Assembly: GCA_043747615.1 (NCBI GenBank)
Contig: JAYTOU010000003.1
Span: 185,544-249,543 of the forward strand
Direction: 5' to 3'
Length of the DNA stretch: 64,000 nucleotides
DNA from: Myxococcales bacterium
Lineage (GTDB): Bacteria; Myxococcota_A; Polyangia; Polyangiales; Polyangiaceae
The notes under the pieces were generated by a model, which saw nothing but the letters and a program-made list of their open reading frames with translations, searched no databases and was not told the origin of the DNA. How positions within the stretch are numbered: position 1 is the first letter of the stretch; each line of letters opens with the position of its first letter. Positions 31,709-41,148 of the stretch are shown piece by piece. The position numbers and the translations under genes were made by a program.

Positions 31709-31876
31709 CGGTTCCTCCTCGGGTGTCTTTGGCGGGAACATCACTGCGGATTTCGGGTCCGCGCGGTAATCAGTTTCCCTACATCTGGGTACACCGTACA
31801 CGCGCCGACGGATGGGGCCAAAAAAGCGCAGCACGTTTCCGTCGCGTCCTCGTCCTGTTAGAGGAGACGCCTCGAC

Positions 31877-32752
31877 ATGGCGCGCCCGCAGACACCGAAA
31901 CGCTTGGACGGACAAGATGCCCGCGCGATAGCCGAGCGCGCTGAGACCCTATCGCACGCGAACAAATCGCACGTCGCACGCGGGCCGCGGATCATTGCCG
32001 TCGTGAACCAGAAAGGCGGTGTCGGAAAGACCACCACCGCCGTGAACCTCGCGGCCAGCGTCGCCGCAGCCGAGCGATCCACGCTCCTCCTCGACATGGA
32101 CCCGCAAGGTAACGCGAGCTCCGGCGTCGGCGTTCGTCCGCGCACCGTTGAGCGCAGCGTCTACGACGTTCTCATCGGGCGAGCGACTCTGGCCGAAGTC
32201 ATCGTCAAGACGGACGTGCCGCGCCTCTCAGTTGCGCCGGCGACCCAGGATCTCGTGGCCGCGGAGCTCGAGCTGGTCGATGAAAAGGATCGCGCAACGC
32301 GGCTCAAAAACGCGCTGGCGGTGCTGCTCGAGGGGCAGAGCTACGAGTACGTCTTCATCGATTGCCCGCCGTCGCTCGGGCTCCTCACGGTGAATGCGCT
32401 CAACGCCTCCGATCGCGTGCTCGTCCCGTTGCAGTGCGAGTACTACGCGCTCGAGGGGCTCACCCACTTGATGGCCACGATCGATCGCGTGAAGAACGGG
32501 ATGAACCCGGCTCTCGAAGTCGAGGGCATCGTCCTCACGATGTTCGATGCGCGAAACAATCTGGCAAACCAAGTGGCGGAGGAAGTGCGGCGCCACTTCC
32601 ACGTCTTCGAATCGGTGATCCCACGGAACGTCCGCCTCTCGGAGGCTCCGTCCCACGGCAAGCCGGCGCTCCTCTATGACGTTCAGTCGAAGGGGGCCCA
32701 AGGGTACCTCTCGCTCGCGCGCGAGATTCTTCAGGACGCGAGACCGAAGTGA
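31877..32752 (+). CDS. parA: ParA/Soj ATPase
   Basis: NQKGGVGKTTT, DMDPQGNAS, IDCPPSLG, PLQCEYYALEG, IPRNVRLSEAPSHG. Confidence 0.95.
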   Translation: MARPQTPKRLDGQDARAIAERAETLSHANKSHVARGPRIIAVVNQKGGVGKTTTAVNLAASVAAAERSTLLLDMDPQGNASSGVGVRPRTVERSVYDVLIGRATLAEVIVKTDVPRLSVAPATQDLVAAELELVDEKDRATRLKNALAVLLEGQSYEYVFIDCPPSLGLLTVNALNASDRVLVPLQCEYYALEGLTHLMATIDRVKNGMNPALEVEGIVLTMFDARNNLANQVAEEVRRHFHVFESVIPRNVRLSEAPSHGKPALLYDVQSKGAQGYLSLAREILQDARPK

Positions 32753-33630
32753 CCACGAAGGACATTGGAAAAACTGCTCCGCGACGGGCGCTCGGACGCG
32801 GCCTCGATGCGCTCCTTCCGCCCGCACCGGTAATCCCCGTCAGCGAGAAGAGCGTTTTCTCGTGCGCGGTCGAAAAAATTTCTCCGCAGAAGGGTCAGCC
32901 GCGAAGGCACTTCGACCCGGCGGCGCTCGACGATCTCGCCGCGTCAATCCGTGAGCACGGAGTCCTCGAGCCAATCGTCGTTCGCCGGGTCGGCGCGGAT
33001 CGCTTCGAGATCATCGCGGGCGAGCGGCGCTGGCGGGCCTCGCAAAAGGCCGGCCTCCGCGAGGTGCTGGTCATCGTCAAGGACGTCTCTCCGGACACGG
33101 CGTTCGAGCTCGCGCTCATCGAAAATGTTCAGCGCGAGGACCTGAACGCCATCGAGCTCGCCGAGGCGCTCGGCCGCCTCATGAGGGAGCACGGCTACAC
33201 GCAGGAGAAACTCGCCGAGCGAATCGGCAAAGATCGAACGACGATCGCCAACAGCCTCCGCCTCTTGAAGCTCCCGGCGCAGGTGCGCGACAAGGTGATC
33301 ACGGGCGAGCTTTCCGAGGGGCACGCACGCGCGCTGCTCGGCGCAGGAGCTGCCATCGACGAGATCGCCGACAAGGTGCTCCGGGGACGGCTCAGCGTGC
33401 GCGCGACCGAGGAGATGGTCCGGAAGATCAAGGTCAAGGCGGAGCGAAGCGAGGCCGGCCCGGCAGCGAGCGCGTCTGAGAAAACGGCCGGTATCCGGGA
33501 TCTCGAAGCCCGCCTCACACGCGCGCTCGGCACCAAGGTCGAAGTTCGCGACAGCGGCAACAAGGGGGAGATCGCCATCCCCTACCGCGACCTCGACGCC
33601 CTCGACCGCGTCCTCGACAAGCTTATTTAG
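32749..33630 (+). CDS. parB: ParB/Spo0J partition protein
   Basis: [48 protein letters not shown]. Confidence 0.96.
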   Translation: MTTKDIGKTAPRRALGRGLDALLPPAPVIPVSEKSVFSCAVEKISPQKGQPRRHFDPAALDDLAASIREHGVLEPIVVRRVGADRFEIIAGERRWRASQKAGLREVLVIVKDVSPDTAFELALIENVQREDLNAIELAEALGRLMREHGYTQEKLAERIGKDRTTIANSLRLLKLPAQVRDKVITGELSEGHARALLGAGAAIDEIADKVLRGRLSVRATEEMVRKIKVKAERSEAGPAASASEKTAGIRDLEARLTRALGTKVEVRDSGNKGEIAIPYRDLDALDRVLDKLI

Positions 33631-34505
33631 CTACGCGCCGCCAGCCGCGCGTTGCCGGCGGTGATTGTATTCTGCAACAAATAGGCGATGGTCATTGGTC
33701 CCACTCCGCCGGGGACGGGCGTGATGGCGCGGGCGCGCTCCTTCGCTTCGGCGTAGGCCACGTCTCCCACGAGCCTCGTTTTTCCAGGCTCGGCTCCGGG
33801 CACGCGGTTGATGCCCACGTCGATGACCACCGCTCCCGCTTTGACGAAATCGCCGCGAACGAGCTCCGCCTTGCCAACTGCGGCTACGAGCACATCGGCC
33901 TCCAGGCAGGTGGCGCGCAGATCGCGGGTACGGGAGTGGGCTATGGTCACCGTGGCGTGCTCGGCGAGAAGAAGCTGCGCAATCGGCTTGCCGACGATGT
34001 TGCTCCGGCCAACAACGACCGCGTGCGCCCCCTTGAGATCCGTTTCCGCGGACTTGAGGAGGCGCATGCATCCGAGCGGCGTGCACGGAACGAGACGCGG
34101 CCTTCCAGACGCGAGTAGTCCCACGTTGATCGGATGAAATCCATCGACGTCCTTTGCGGGATCGACGGCGTCGAGGACTTTCTGTTCGGTGATCTGCTTC
34201 GGGAGCGGGAGCTGAATGAGGATCCCGTCGATCGCGTCGTCGGCGTTGAGCGCAGCTACGAGCGCGAGAAGCTCGGCCTCGGTAGTGGTCGCCGGGAGCG
34301 TGTGGAGGCGCCCGCGCATGCCCGCCTCGACCGACGCTTTCTCTTTGTTCCGGGTGTAGACCTGGCTCGCCGGATCTTCGCCCACGATGACGACGTCCAG
34401 ACCGGGCGGCCTTCCATGCGCAGTGCGAAAGGCTTCAACGGCGACGCGGGCCTCGGCTCGCACCGTCTCGGCGAGCTTCTTTCCATCGAGGATCACGGCG
34501 CTCAT
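33627..34505 (-). CDS. folD: Methylenetetrahydrofolate dehydrogenase/cyclohydrolase
   Basis: [53 protein letters not shown]. Confidence 0.97.
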   Translation of the reverse strand: MSAVILDGKKLAETVRAEARVAVEAFRTAHGRPPGLDVVIVGEDPASQVYTRNKEKASVEAGMRGRLHTLPATTTEAELLALVAALNADDAIDGILIQLPLPKQITEQKVLDAVDPAKDVDGFHPINVGLLASGRPRLVPCTPLGCMRLLKSAETDLKGAHAVVVGRSNIVGKPIAQLLLAEHATVTIAHSRTRDLRATCLEADVLVAAVGKAELVRGDFVKAGAVVIDVGINRVPGAEPGKTRLVGDVAYAEAKERARAITPVPGGVGPMTIAYLLQNTITAGNARLAARS

Positions 34506-34726
34506 TCGGTTGCGGTGTCGGGCACGGCGTCGGATGCAGCGTCGTCTGCGGGCTTCGCTGGGTTGCCGCCGTCGGCGGTGTTGCTGCCGCCGGAACCCCC
34601 GTGCGTGCTGCACGCGAGCGTACACTCGAGCGTCGGCGGATGAGAGCTTTGAGAGGAGCACGCCAGCACGAGGAGCGCGCTGATCGGGGCAGCGAGCGCC
34701 AGAAAGACAGAGCGCCTAACCCGCAT
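34502..34726 (-). CDS. Small lipoprotein (74 aa)
   Basis: [23 protein letters not shown] lipobox; stop overlaps the folD ATG. Confidence 0.7.
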   Translation of the reverse strand: MRVRRSVFLALAAPISALLVLACSSQSSHPPTLECTLACSTHGGSGGSNTADGGNPAKPADDAASDAVPDTATE

Positions 34727-34979
34727 TGGATGCGTCCGCGGCATCGGCCGGTAGGGCGGAATCGTTCCCCGTGTCCACGGGCGACGCCGCCTCATTCGGT
34801 GGAGCGTCGAGGGTGCCGTCCACGGAAGACGCGTCGAGTTTTCCTAGATCCCCGCACCCTAGCGCGCCCGTACATCCGGAGAGCGTCGCCGGGTGCAGCT
34901 CCGACGACGAGCAGGCGAAGAGAGCTGCGCCCAAGACCGCGCCCGCCAAAGCTACCCCAACGACGAACCGCTTCGACAT
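34716..34979 (-). CDS. Small lipoprotein (87 aa), paralog of its neighbour
   Basis: MSKRFVVGVALAGAVLGAALFAC lipobox; shared CSSxxxHPxTL..CT..C. Confidence 0.7.
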   Translation of the reverse strand: MSKRFVVGVALAGAVLGAALFACSSSELHPATLSGCTGALGCGDLGKLDASSVDGTLDAPPNEAASPVDTGNDSALPADAADASNAG

Positions 34980-35016
34980 CACCCAAGTATGCCGCCTCGC
35001 CGCGCGGAAGGGAAAA

Positions 35017-35943
35017 TTAGAGAGCTCGGATCACCCGCGGGCGCCGCGCGCGATGAATGGCAACGGCCGCACCGATGAGCCCTACGCTGATGATCTGAGA
35101 GGTCGAGAGCGAGGCTACGCCGCCGCGGTCGTCCCGCCGGAGAATTTCGAGAAGGAAGCGCGCGACGCCGTAAAGAACGAGGAACGCCACGAAGACCTGG
35201 CCGTCGTATTTCTTGCGAGGATGGACGTAGAGGAGGCAAACCGCTGCGATGGCCAGGCACGCGGCGGATTCGTAGATCTGTGTAGGATGCACGGGATGGC
35301 TCCAGGTGAAGGCCGTGTCGAGGACGTGCGCCTTGAACTGCGATTCGCTGGCCGGGCTGCGCGGCGGGAACGACAACGCCCACGGGAGATTCGTCTCCGC
35401 CCCGAAGCAGCATCCGGCGAGCAGGCATCCCATCCGCCCAAACGACAGGCCGAGCGCTACGGCGAAGCCCGCCATGTCCGCGGCGCGCCAGAAGGGAAAC
35501 TGATCCCGCTTCAAGAGGAACCACGCGGCGGCGGACGCTCCGAGAAAGCCGCCATAGTACGTGAGCCCGCCGGCCCAGAATTTTGCCCACGCGAAACAGT
35601 CGGTCTGGCTCGGATGGCAGACCGCGCGGGCGTCGTCCCAGATTCCCGCGTAGGTGGCCGACACGCATTCGGCTTTGGTGAGCGGCCAATCGACCTTCGC
35701 CGGATCGGTGCACATGTGCACGTAGTCCCAGAAATAACCATCGGCGAGGACATGGAGCAGGCGGCTGCCGGCCACACCCGACAGGAGCATCGCGATCCCG
35801 AGGTCGACGATCACATCTGGATTTTCACCGATGCGGCGCGCCCAGAGGACACCAAGGCCGGTGGCGAAGAACATCCCCGTGATGAGGAGCGTGAAATACG
35901 CGGGGAGCCCGATGTCGAAAAAACGAAACAGCTCCGGGCGCAC
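35017..35943 (-). CDS. lgt: Prolipoprotein diacylglyceryl transferase
   Basis: GSRLLHV, GGLTYYGG, GRMGCLLAGCCFG, HPTQIYE, RFLLEILR. Confidence 0.95.
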   Translation of the reverse strand: MRPELFRFFDIGLPAYFTLLITGMFFATGLGVLWARRIGENPDVIVDLGIAMLLSGVAGSRLLHVLADGYFWDYVHMCTDPAKVDWPLTKAECVSATYAGIWDDARAVCHPSQTDCFAWAKFWAGGLTYYGGFLGASAAAWFLLKRDQFPFWRAADMAGFAVALGLSFGRMGCLLAGCCFGAETNLPWALSFPPRSPASESQFKAHVLDTAFTWSHPVHPTQIYESAACLAIAAVCLLYVHPRKKYDGQVFVAFLVLYGVARFLLEILRRDDRGGVASLSTSQIISVGLIGAAVAIHRARRPRVIRAL

Positions 35944-35952
35944 GGCGAAGGC

Positions 35953-36717
35953 TCAGTCCGCGGGTTTCGTCTCGGGCGTCGGCGCGCCAGAGGGAACGGC
36001 TTCGGGCGCGGCGACGAGATCTGCCGACGGAGCTTCAGCCCCGATGCTCTTCGGCTTCTTCGAGGTGAACATGTCGATAGCCATCAGCCCCACGCCAACG
36101 CAGATCGCCACGTCGGCAACGTTGAACGTGGGCCAGTGGTGCTCGATGAGGGGAAACTTTGCGTCACTCGTGGGCCACCACCAGCGGTGCTCGGATTCAC
36201 GCCACGCAACGTGGACGTCGATGAAATCGATGACGTGACCATAGCGAATGCGATCGAACACGTTGCCGAGAGCGCCGCCGAGAACGAGCGGGAGGCCCCA
36301 CTTGAGCGCGCGCTGCGTCGGCTGAAGGCGACGGTAGAGGGTGACGATGAAAGCGATCGCTGCTGCAGAAACCAGGAGGAAAAACGGCCGGCGAACGTTC
36401 TCACTCGTGCCTTGAAGGAGTCCCCACGCGCCGCCGCGATTCTTGGCGAGCACGAACGCGACGTGATTTTCCCAGACGTTGACGATCCCGGGGTAGCCGT
36501 CGAGGTTCTTCTCTGCCCAGAGTTTGGTGGCGATGTCTGACACGAGCGAGACGATGGAGACGATGACGAGAAAGACGAACGACGGACGACCCTCGCCCGG
36601 GATCGACTTCGACGCCCCGGACGGCACGCCGAGCCTGGGCACGTCGGGCGAAACCTGTGCAGGGGGCGGAGCCATCGCTTCGGCGGCGTCAGGCGTTTCG
36701 ATAATTTCTTGGGTCAT
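35953..36717 (-). CDS. lspA: Signal peptidase II
   Basis: NRGGAWG, GGALGNVFDRIRYGHVIDFI, WPTFNVAD. Confidence 0.96.
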   Translation of the reverse strand: MTQEIIETPDAAEAMAPPPAQVSPDVPRLGVPSGASKSIPGEGRPSFVFLVIVSIVSLVSDIATKLWAEKNLDGYPGIVNVWENHVAFVLAKNRGGAWGLLQGTSENVRRPFFLLVSAAAIAFIVTLYRRLQPTQRALKWGLPLVLGGALGNVFDRIRYGHVIDFIDVHVAWRESEHRWWWPTSDAKFPLIEHHWPTFNVADVAICVGVGLMAIDMFTSKKPKSIGAEAPSADLVAAPEAVPSGAPTPETKPAD

Positions 36718-36777
36718 TGGCGCGTCACGTTGGGATCACGCGCTTCTAGCGCAATCTCGGGGTCGGTTGCTAGTGCA

Positions 36778-36794
36778 CGGTACATCTGTTTAGG
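36778..36794 (+). promoter_or_regulatory. Putative myxobacterial LexA (SOS) box
   Basis: CGGTACATCTGTTTAGG matches 15/17 positions of the Myxococcus xanthus LexA consensus CTRHAMRYBYGTTCAGS (recalled from memory); 11 bp before the helicase ATG. Confidence 0.55.
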
Positions 36795-36805
36795 TAAAAG
36801 GCGAA

Positions 36806-39253
36806 ATGCCCTCCCCGCCCTGGTCCACGCCGCGCGGCATCGAGCCCGTCCTCTGCCGTTGGCTGGAGAGTCGTTACGTCAAACCATGCCTCACAGCCGA
36901 CGAGCTCCTCGCGGGATCTGACGCTTCGTACGCCGACTTGCCGGCGTCGCTCTCCCCCGGTCTTGCGAACGCGCTCCGCGGCCGTGGCATCGAGAAGCTG
37001 TACTCGCACCAGGCACGCGCATTCGAGGTCTGCGCGGCAACGGAGCGCGGTGACACGACGACGCGCGCGAACCAGGAATCGCGAAAAGGGATGGTCATCG
37101 CCACACCAACGGCGAGCGGAAAGAGCCTCTGCTTTCACCTGCCGGTACTGCAAGCCATCGCCGATGATCCGGACTCGCGCGCGATCTACCTCTACCCAAC
37201 GAAGGCCCTCGCCCGCGATCAGGAGTCGGGGCTGCGCGAAATGATGGAAGCTGCGGGGATGACGGGGCACGGCGGCGCGTTCGCGTCGGCGGTGGTGTAC
37301 GACGGCGACACGCCTGGAGATGCACGCAGAGCGGCGCGCGAGAAGAGCGGGATCATTCTCACCAATCCAGACATGCTCCACGCCGGGATCCTGCCGCACC
37401 ACGCGAACTGGGCGCGGACGTTCCAGCACTTGCGTTACGTGGTGATCGACGAGCTCCACACGTACAAGGGCGTCTTCGGGTCGCACGTGGCCAACGTCAT
37501 CCGGCGCTTGATGCGCGTCGCAGAATTTCACGGCTCGAAGCCCGTTCTCATCGGGGCCACGGCGACGATCGGAAATCCACGCGAGCACGCCGCGCGCCTC
37601 TTCGGGCTGCGGGAGGACGAGATCGAGCTCATCGGAGAGAGCGGCGCACCTCGCGGCGATCGCCGGGTTTTCATCTTCAACCCACCGGTGGTGAATGCAG
37701 AGCTGGGAATCCGCGCAAGCTACGTGAAGCAGGCGGTGATGCTGGCGAGCGACCTCGTGCGCGCCCACGTCCCGACGATCATCTTCGGACACTCGCGCAA
37801 CAACGTCGAGGTGATGCTCCGTTACCTGCGCGACAAGGTAGCGCCAGAGGTCGATCCCTCGCGCATCATGGGGTACCGCGGCGGCTACCTTCCGGAGCGA
37901 CGACGCGAGATCGAGCGGCAGCTTCGCGCGGGCGAGCTGCTCGCAGTGGTGGCCACCAATGCCCTCGAGCTGGGGATCGACATCGGCGAGCTCGATGCGG
38001 TGATCTGCGCGGGCTACCCCGGCTCGGTGGCGGGGATGTGGCAGCGTTTCGGTCGCGCAGGGCGGCGCGGATCGCTCAGCATCGGAGTGCTGATCACATC
38101 GAGCGCGCCCCTCGACCAGTACCTCGCGCGCGAGCCGGGGTATCTGCTTGGCGCGCCGATCGAAGAGGCCAGGATCGATCCGAACAACGTCGAGATCTTG
38201 ATCCAGCATTTGAAGTGCGCGTCCTTCGAGCTGCCGTTCCGCAGGGGCGAAGCGTTCGGTATGCTCGGCGCCGAAGAAACGGCCGACGCTCTCGGTTTTC
38301 TGGTGACCCACCAGGTGCTGCACGAGGAAAAAGGCACATTTCACTGGGCGACGGACGCCTATCCGGCAAACAACGTCTCCCTACGGAGCGTTGGTTGGGA
38401 CAACGTCGTCATCATCGACGTCGAGAAAAACAAATCGTTCGCCGAGCTCGATTGGCGCGGTGCGCACACGATGCTGCACGAGCAGGCCATCTATCAGCAC
38501 GACGGCGAGACGTGGCAGGTCGAGCGTTTCGACCACGAAAATCACAAGGCCTACGTTCGAAAGGTGGAGCCCGACTACTACACCGACGCGATGACCTACA
38601 CCCAGATCGCAGTGCTCGAGGAGAGCGCGCAGGGACCACTGATCGACCAGCTCCCGGCGGGCGGTGACGGCTGGACCTCCGGGTGGGGCGAGGTATCGCT
38701 CGTGGAGAAAGTGGTTGGCTACAAGAAGATCAAATTCTTCACTCACGAGAACGCCGGCTACGGGGACGTGCGCCTCCCCGAAATGCAGATGCATACTACA
38801 GCCTTCTGGCTGACCATCCCGGAGCGACGATGCGCGGAGACATCCGCCGGGCGCGCCGCAGCCATCGACGCGCTTCGGGGAATCGGCATCGCGCTCGAGA
38901 CGGTGGCCACCCTCGCCCTGATGTGCGATCCGCGCGATCTCGGCACGACGCTCGGAGATGCGCTCGTCGACGAAGAGGGCGATCCCGGAGGCGCCGAAGC
39001 CATCCCACGAAAAGTACACGGCGGAGCGCACGCCGGCTTCAGCCCTACCCTCTTTCTCTACGAGCACATTCCCGGCGGCATTGGGCTCTCGGAGCGCATC
39101 TACGAGCAGCGGGTCACGCTCATCGTGCGCGTCCTGCGCTTGATCGAGAATTGCCCTTGCGAACAGGGCTGTCCAGCGTGCGTGGGGCCCTCGGACGCCA
39201 CGCGAAAGGCGGTGGCCCTCGAGCTCCTCCGCCACGCCGTTCCTACGGCCTGA
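36806..39253 (+). CDS. DEAD/DEAH helicase with DUF1998 (MrfA/YprA/SftH/Hrq1 family)
   Basis: LYSHQ, PTASGKS, YPTKAL, DELH, TNALELGIDIG, QRFGRAGR; C-terminal MCD...CPC..GCPAC. Confidence 0.93.
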   Translation: MPSPPWSTPRGIEPVLCRWLESRYVKPCLTADELLAGSDASYADLPASLSPGLANALRGRGIEKLYSHQARAFEVCAATERGDTTTRANQESRKGMVIATPTASGKSLCFHLPVLQAIADDPDSRAIYLYPTKALARDQESGLREMMEAAGMTGHGGAFASAVVYDGDTPGDARRAAREKSGIILTNPDMLHAGILPHHANWARTFQHLRYVVIDELHTYKGVFGSHVANVIRRLMRVAEFHGSKPVLIGATATIGNPREHAARLFGLREDEIELIGESGAPRGDRRVFIFNPPVVNAELGIRASYVKQAVMLASDLVRAHVPTIIFGHSRNNVEVMLRYLRDKVAPEVDPSRIMGYRGGYLPERRREIERQLRAGELLAVVATNALELGIDIGELDAVICAGYPGSVAGMWQRFGRAGRRGSLSIGVLITSSAPLDQYLAREPGYLLGAPIEEARIDPNNVEILIQHLKCASFELPFRRGEAFGMLGAEETADALGFLVTHQVLHEEKGTFHWATDAYPANNVSLRSVGWDNVVIIDVEKNKSFAELDWRGAHTMLHEQAIYQHDGETWQVERFDHENHKAYVRKVEPDYYTDAMTYTQIAVLEESAQGPLIDQLPAGGDGWTSGWGEVSLVEKVVGYKKIKFFTHENAGYGDVRLPEMQMHTTAFWLTIPERRCAETSAGRAAAIDALRGIGIALETVATLALMCDPRDLGTTLGDALVDEEGDPGGAEAIPRKVHGGAHAGFSPTLFLYEHIPGGIGLSERIYEQRVTLIVRVLRLIENCPCEQGCPACVGPSDATRKAVALELLRHAVPTA

Positions 39254-39258
39254 AGATT

Positions 39259-41148
39259 TTAGGGTCTCAGGATCGACTCGTACTTCATCGGCGTGAGCGG
39301 CCAGCCGGTGAGGAGCGGCAACCGCGCGTGCGGCCCGGACTCGCGCACCACGCGTGCGCACTCGTCGAGGGTGAGACGACGCGGCCCGAACGGAGAGGCG
39401 TCGGACGCGTCTGAGTCCATGAGGAGCGTCGGGGTATCGATTCCGTAGTCGTCGGGATGGCCGGGGACATTCAGGAACACGTGCCCGAGCTCGTGCGCCA
39501 ACGTCAGGCTACTTCGCCGCGCGCGCACGCCGGCGCGGTCGAGGAGGACGACGTTGCGGACGCTCGAGAGATCGCTGGCGATGAACGACTCCCCGATGCG
39601 CCCACCGCCTGAGAACGCGGGAATGACGATGATCTCGACGGTACGCGGATCTCCATCGTCGAGCGCTTTCACCAGGGTTCGTTCTTCGAGCGTGCCGGAC
39701 ATCGAGTCCATGTCGCCGAAGTGGTGAAGCCCGTTGCTGAAGTCGATTCGGCCAATGCGTACGGTGAGCGTGGGATCGGTGGAGATGGGGACCCCGCCGC
39801 TGACGGGCTCGATCGCGACCAAGGTTCCGTCCCGCCGGCGAAGCGAGACGTCCACGCTCCCCGAGGCGCCGGGAGAGATGCGCGCGTTGGGGGAGACGAT
39901 CGCCAGAAGCCCGTTTTTCTCGGCCACCAGTGCAAATTGTCTCGCCACGCGCTCGGGCGAAGATCGAGGTGCGATCGTGAGCCCAAGGAGCTGACCTCCG
40001 GCGCGCACGCGAAGCTCGCCTCCACTGGAGTAGAATCCGAGGTCCTCTCCGAAGGAGATGAGGTGTGGCGGGGGCGGGTCGGCGACCTTCACGTCGAGAG
40101 CGCTCGGCCCGAAGGAGAGCCCGCACTGGCCCCACATCGCCGCGGCGAGACCGAACTCGGCACGCAACGCGGCGACCGCGCCGGCTTCATTCCCACCGAT
40201 CGCCGGTCCGTCTCCCGGCGCCACGCGCATCACGAACGGCCGAAGCGTGGCCCGCAAACGCCCGATGGGACCGCCCGCTCCCGTCCGGGGACCGAGCACG
40301 CGGATCGCCTGCATTTTACGGCCATTCACGCGCATCACGATAGCCCCGCCCACTTCCGCGCGGAGCGATCGGGCCGCGGTGACGGCGTGCACGCGATCGA
40401 CGTCGTCGACGACGAAACGAAGCGCGGTGGTCGCGTAGCAGCGCCGGCCGGTGCCGCAGGGGACAAGCTCGAAAGGCACGCGGGGTTGCAGATCCATGCG
40501 GCCTCCACTCGCCCCCACCGACTCGACGGCGAGCACGGGCGCCGCTTCTGCGCCCATTTCGGGAAGGGTGAGCACGACCCGCAGTGCGTCGGGATCGGAG
40601 TAAGGAGCGTCGTTCGGCCCCTCCATACGCTCGGGCGGTGTGCGCTCGAGCGAAGCGTGGTCGCGTGCGAGGTCCACGTCTTTCTTTGCGCCGTCGCGCA
40701 TGCCGATGCCGATCACCTCGATGGTGATCGATTCCTCCTTCGCACCGCGCACCGCGACCAGCCCGACCACACCCGGAGAAATCCCTTGAATCGCGGCACC
40801 AGGGGGCGCCGCTTTTCCCCACGGGAATGGACGGCCATCGACGACGACGCGCGCATGCTCGGCGCCAGAGATCACCCGAAGGTCGGCCCCAACGAGATGC
40901 GGATCGAGCGCCACGAGATCGACGCGGCCCAAGGGAGCGAGCACGTCTTCGTCGCCGTCTGCTTTTCCGTTCAAGTCGTCGTCATCACGATCCGCGACGA
41001 CGACCATCGGGCGCGCGTCCCGCGGAGGCACCGGAGCGACCCCGGGCGCGCCGCTACCCGCGCTCGCCTCGAAGAGCACGAGCGACCCGACAACAGCACC
41101 CAGCCAGCGCCGGGCTCCGCCTACTCGAGCCAGCCCCACTGGATCCAC
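39259..41148 (-). CDS. Secreted protein with C-terminal HExxH zinc-metallopeptidase motif (start uncertain)
   Basis: Hydrophobic N-terminus, ADRDDDDLNGKAD acidic loop, TLAHELGHVFLNVPGH..LLM. Confidence 0.65.
   Translation of the reverse strand: MDPVGLARVGGARRWLGAVVGSLVLFEASAGSGAPGVAPVPPRDARPMVVVADRDDDDLNGKADGDEDVLAPLGRVDLVALDPHLVGADLRVISGAEHARVVVDGRPFPWGKAAPPGAAIQGISPGVVGLVAVRGAKEESITIEVIGIGMRDGAKKDVDLARDHASLERTPPERMEGPNDAPYSDPDALRVVLTLPEMGAEAAPVLAVESVGASGGRMDLQPRVPFELVPCGTGRRCYATTALRFVVDDVDRVHAVTAARSLRAEVGGAIVMRVNGRKMQAIRVLGPRTGAGGPIGRLRATLRPFVMRVAPGDGPAIGGNEAGAVAALRAEFGLAAAMWGQCGLSFGPSALDVKVADPPPPHLISFGEDLGFYSSGGELRVRAGGQLLGLTIAPRSSPERVARQFALVAEKNGLLAIVSPNARISPGASGSVDVSLRRRDGTLVAIEPVSGGVPISTDPTLTVRIGRIDFSNGLHHFGDMDSMSGTLEERTLVKALDDGDPRTVEIIVIPAFSGGGRIGESFIASDLSSVRNVVLLDRAGVRARRSSLTLAHELGHVFLNVPGHPDDYGIDTPTLLMDSDASDASPFGPRRLTLDECARVVRESGPHARLPLLTGWPLTPMKYESILRP

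Noticed and set aside
34726..36540. 604-aa plus-strand ORF
   Set aside because: It is an antisense shadow of lspA/lgt with no motifs. Long shadow ORFs are expected at this GC content.
36770..38344. 524-aa minus-strand ORF
   Set aside because: It is an antisense shadow of the helicase.
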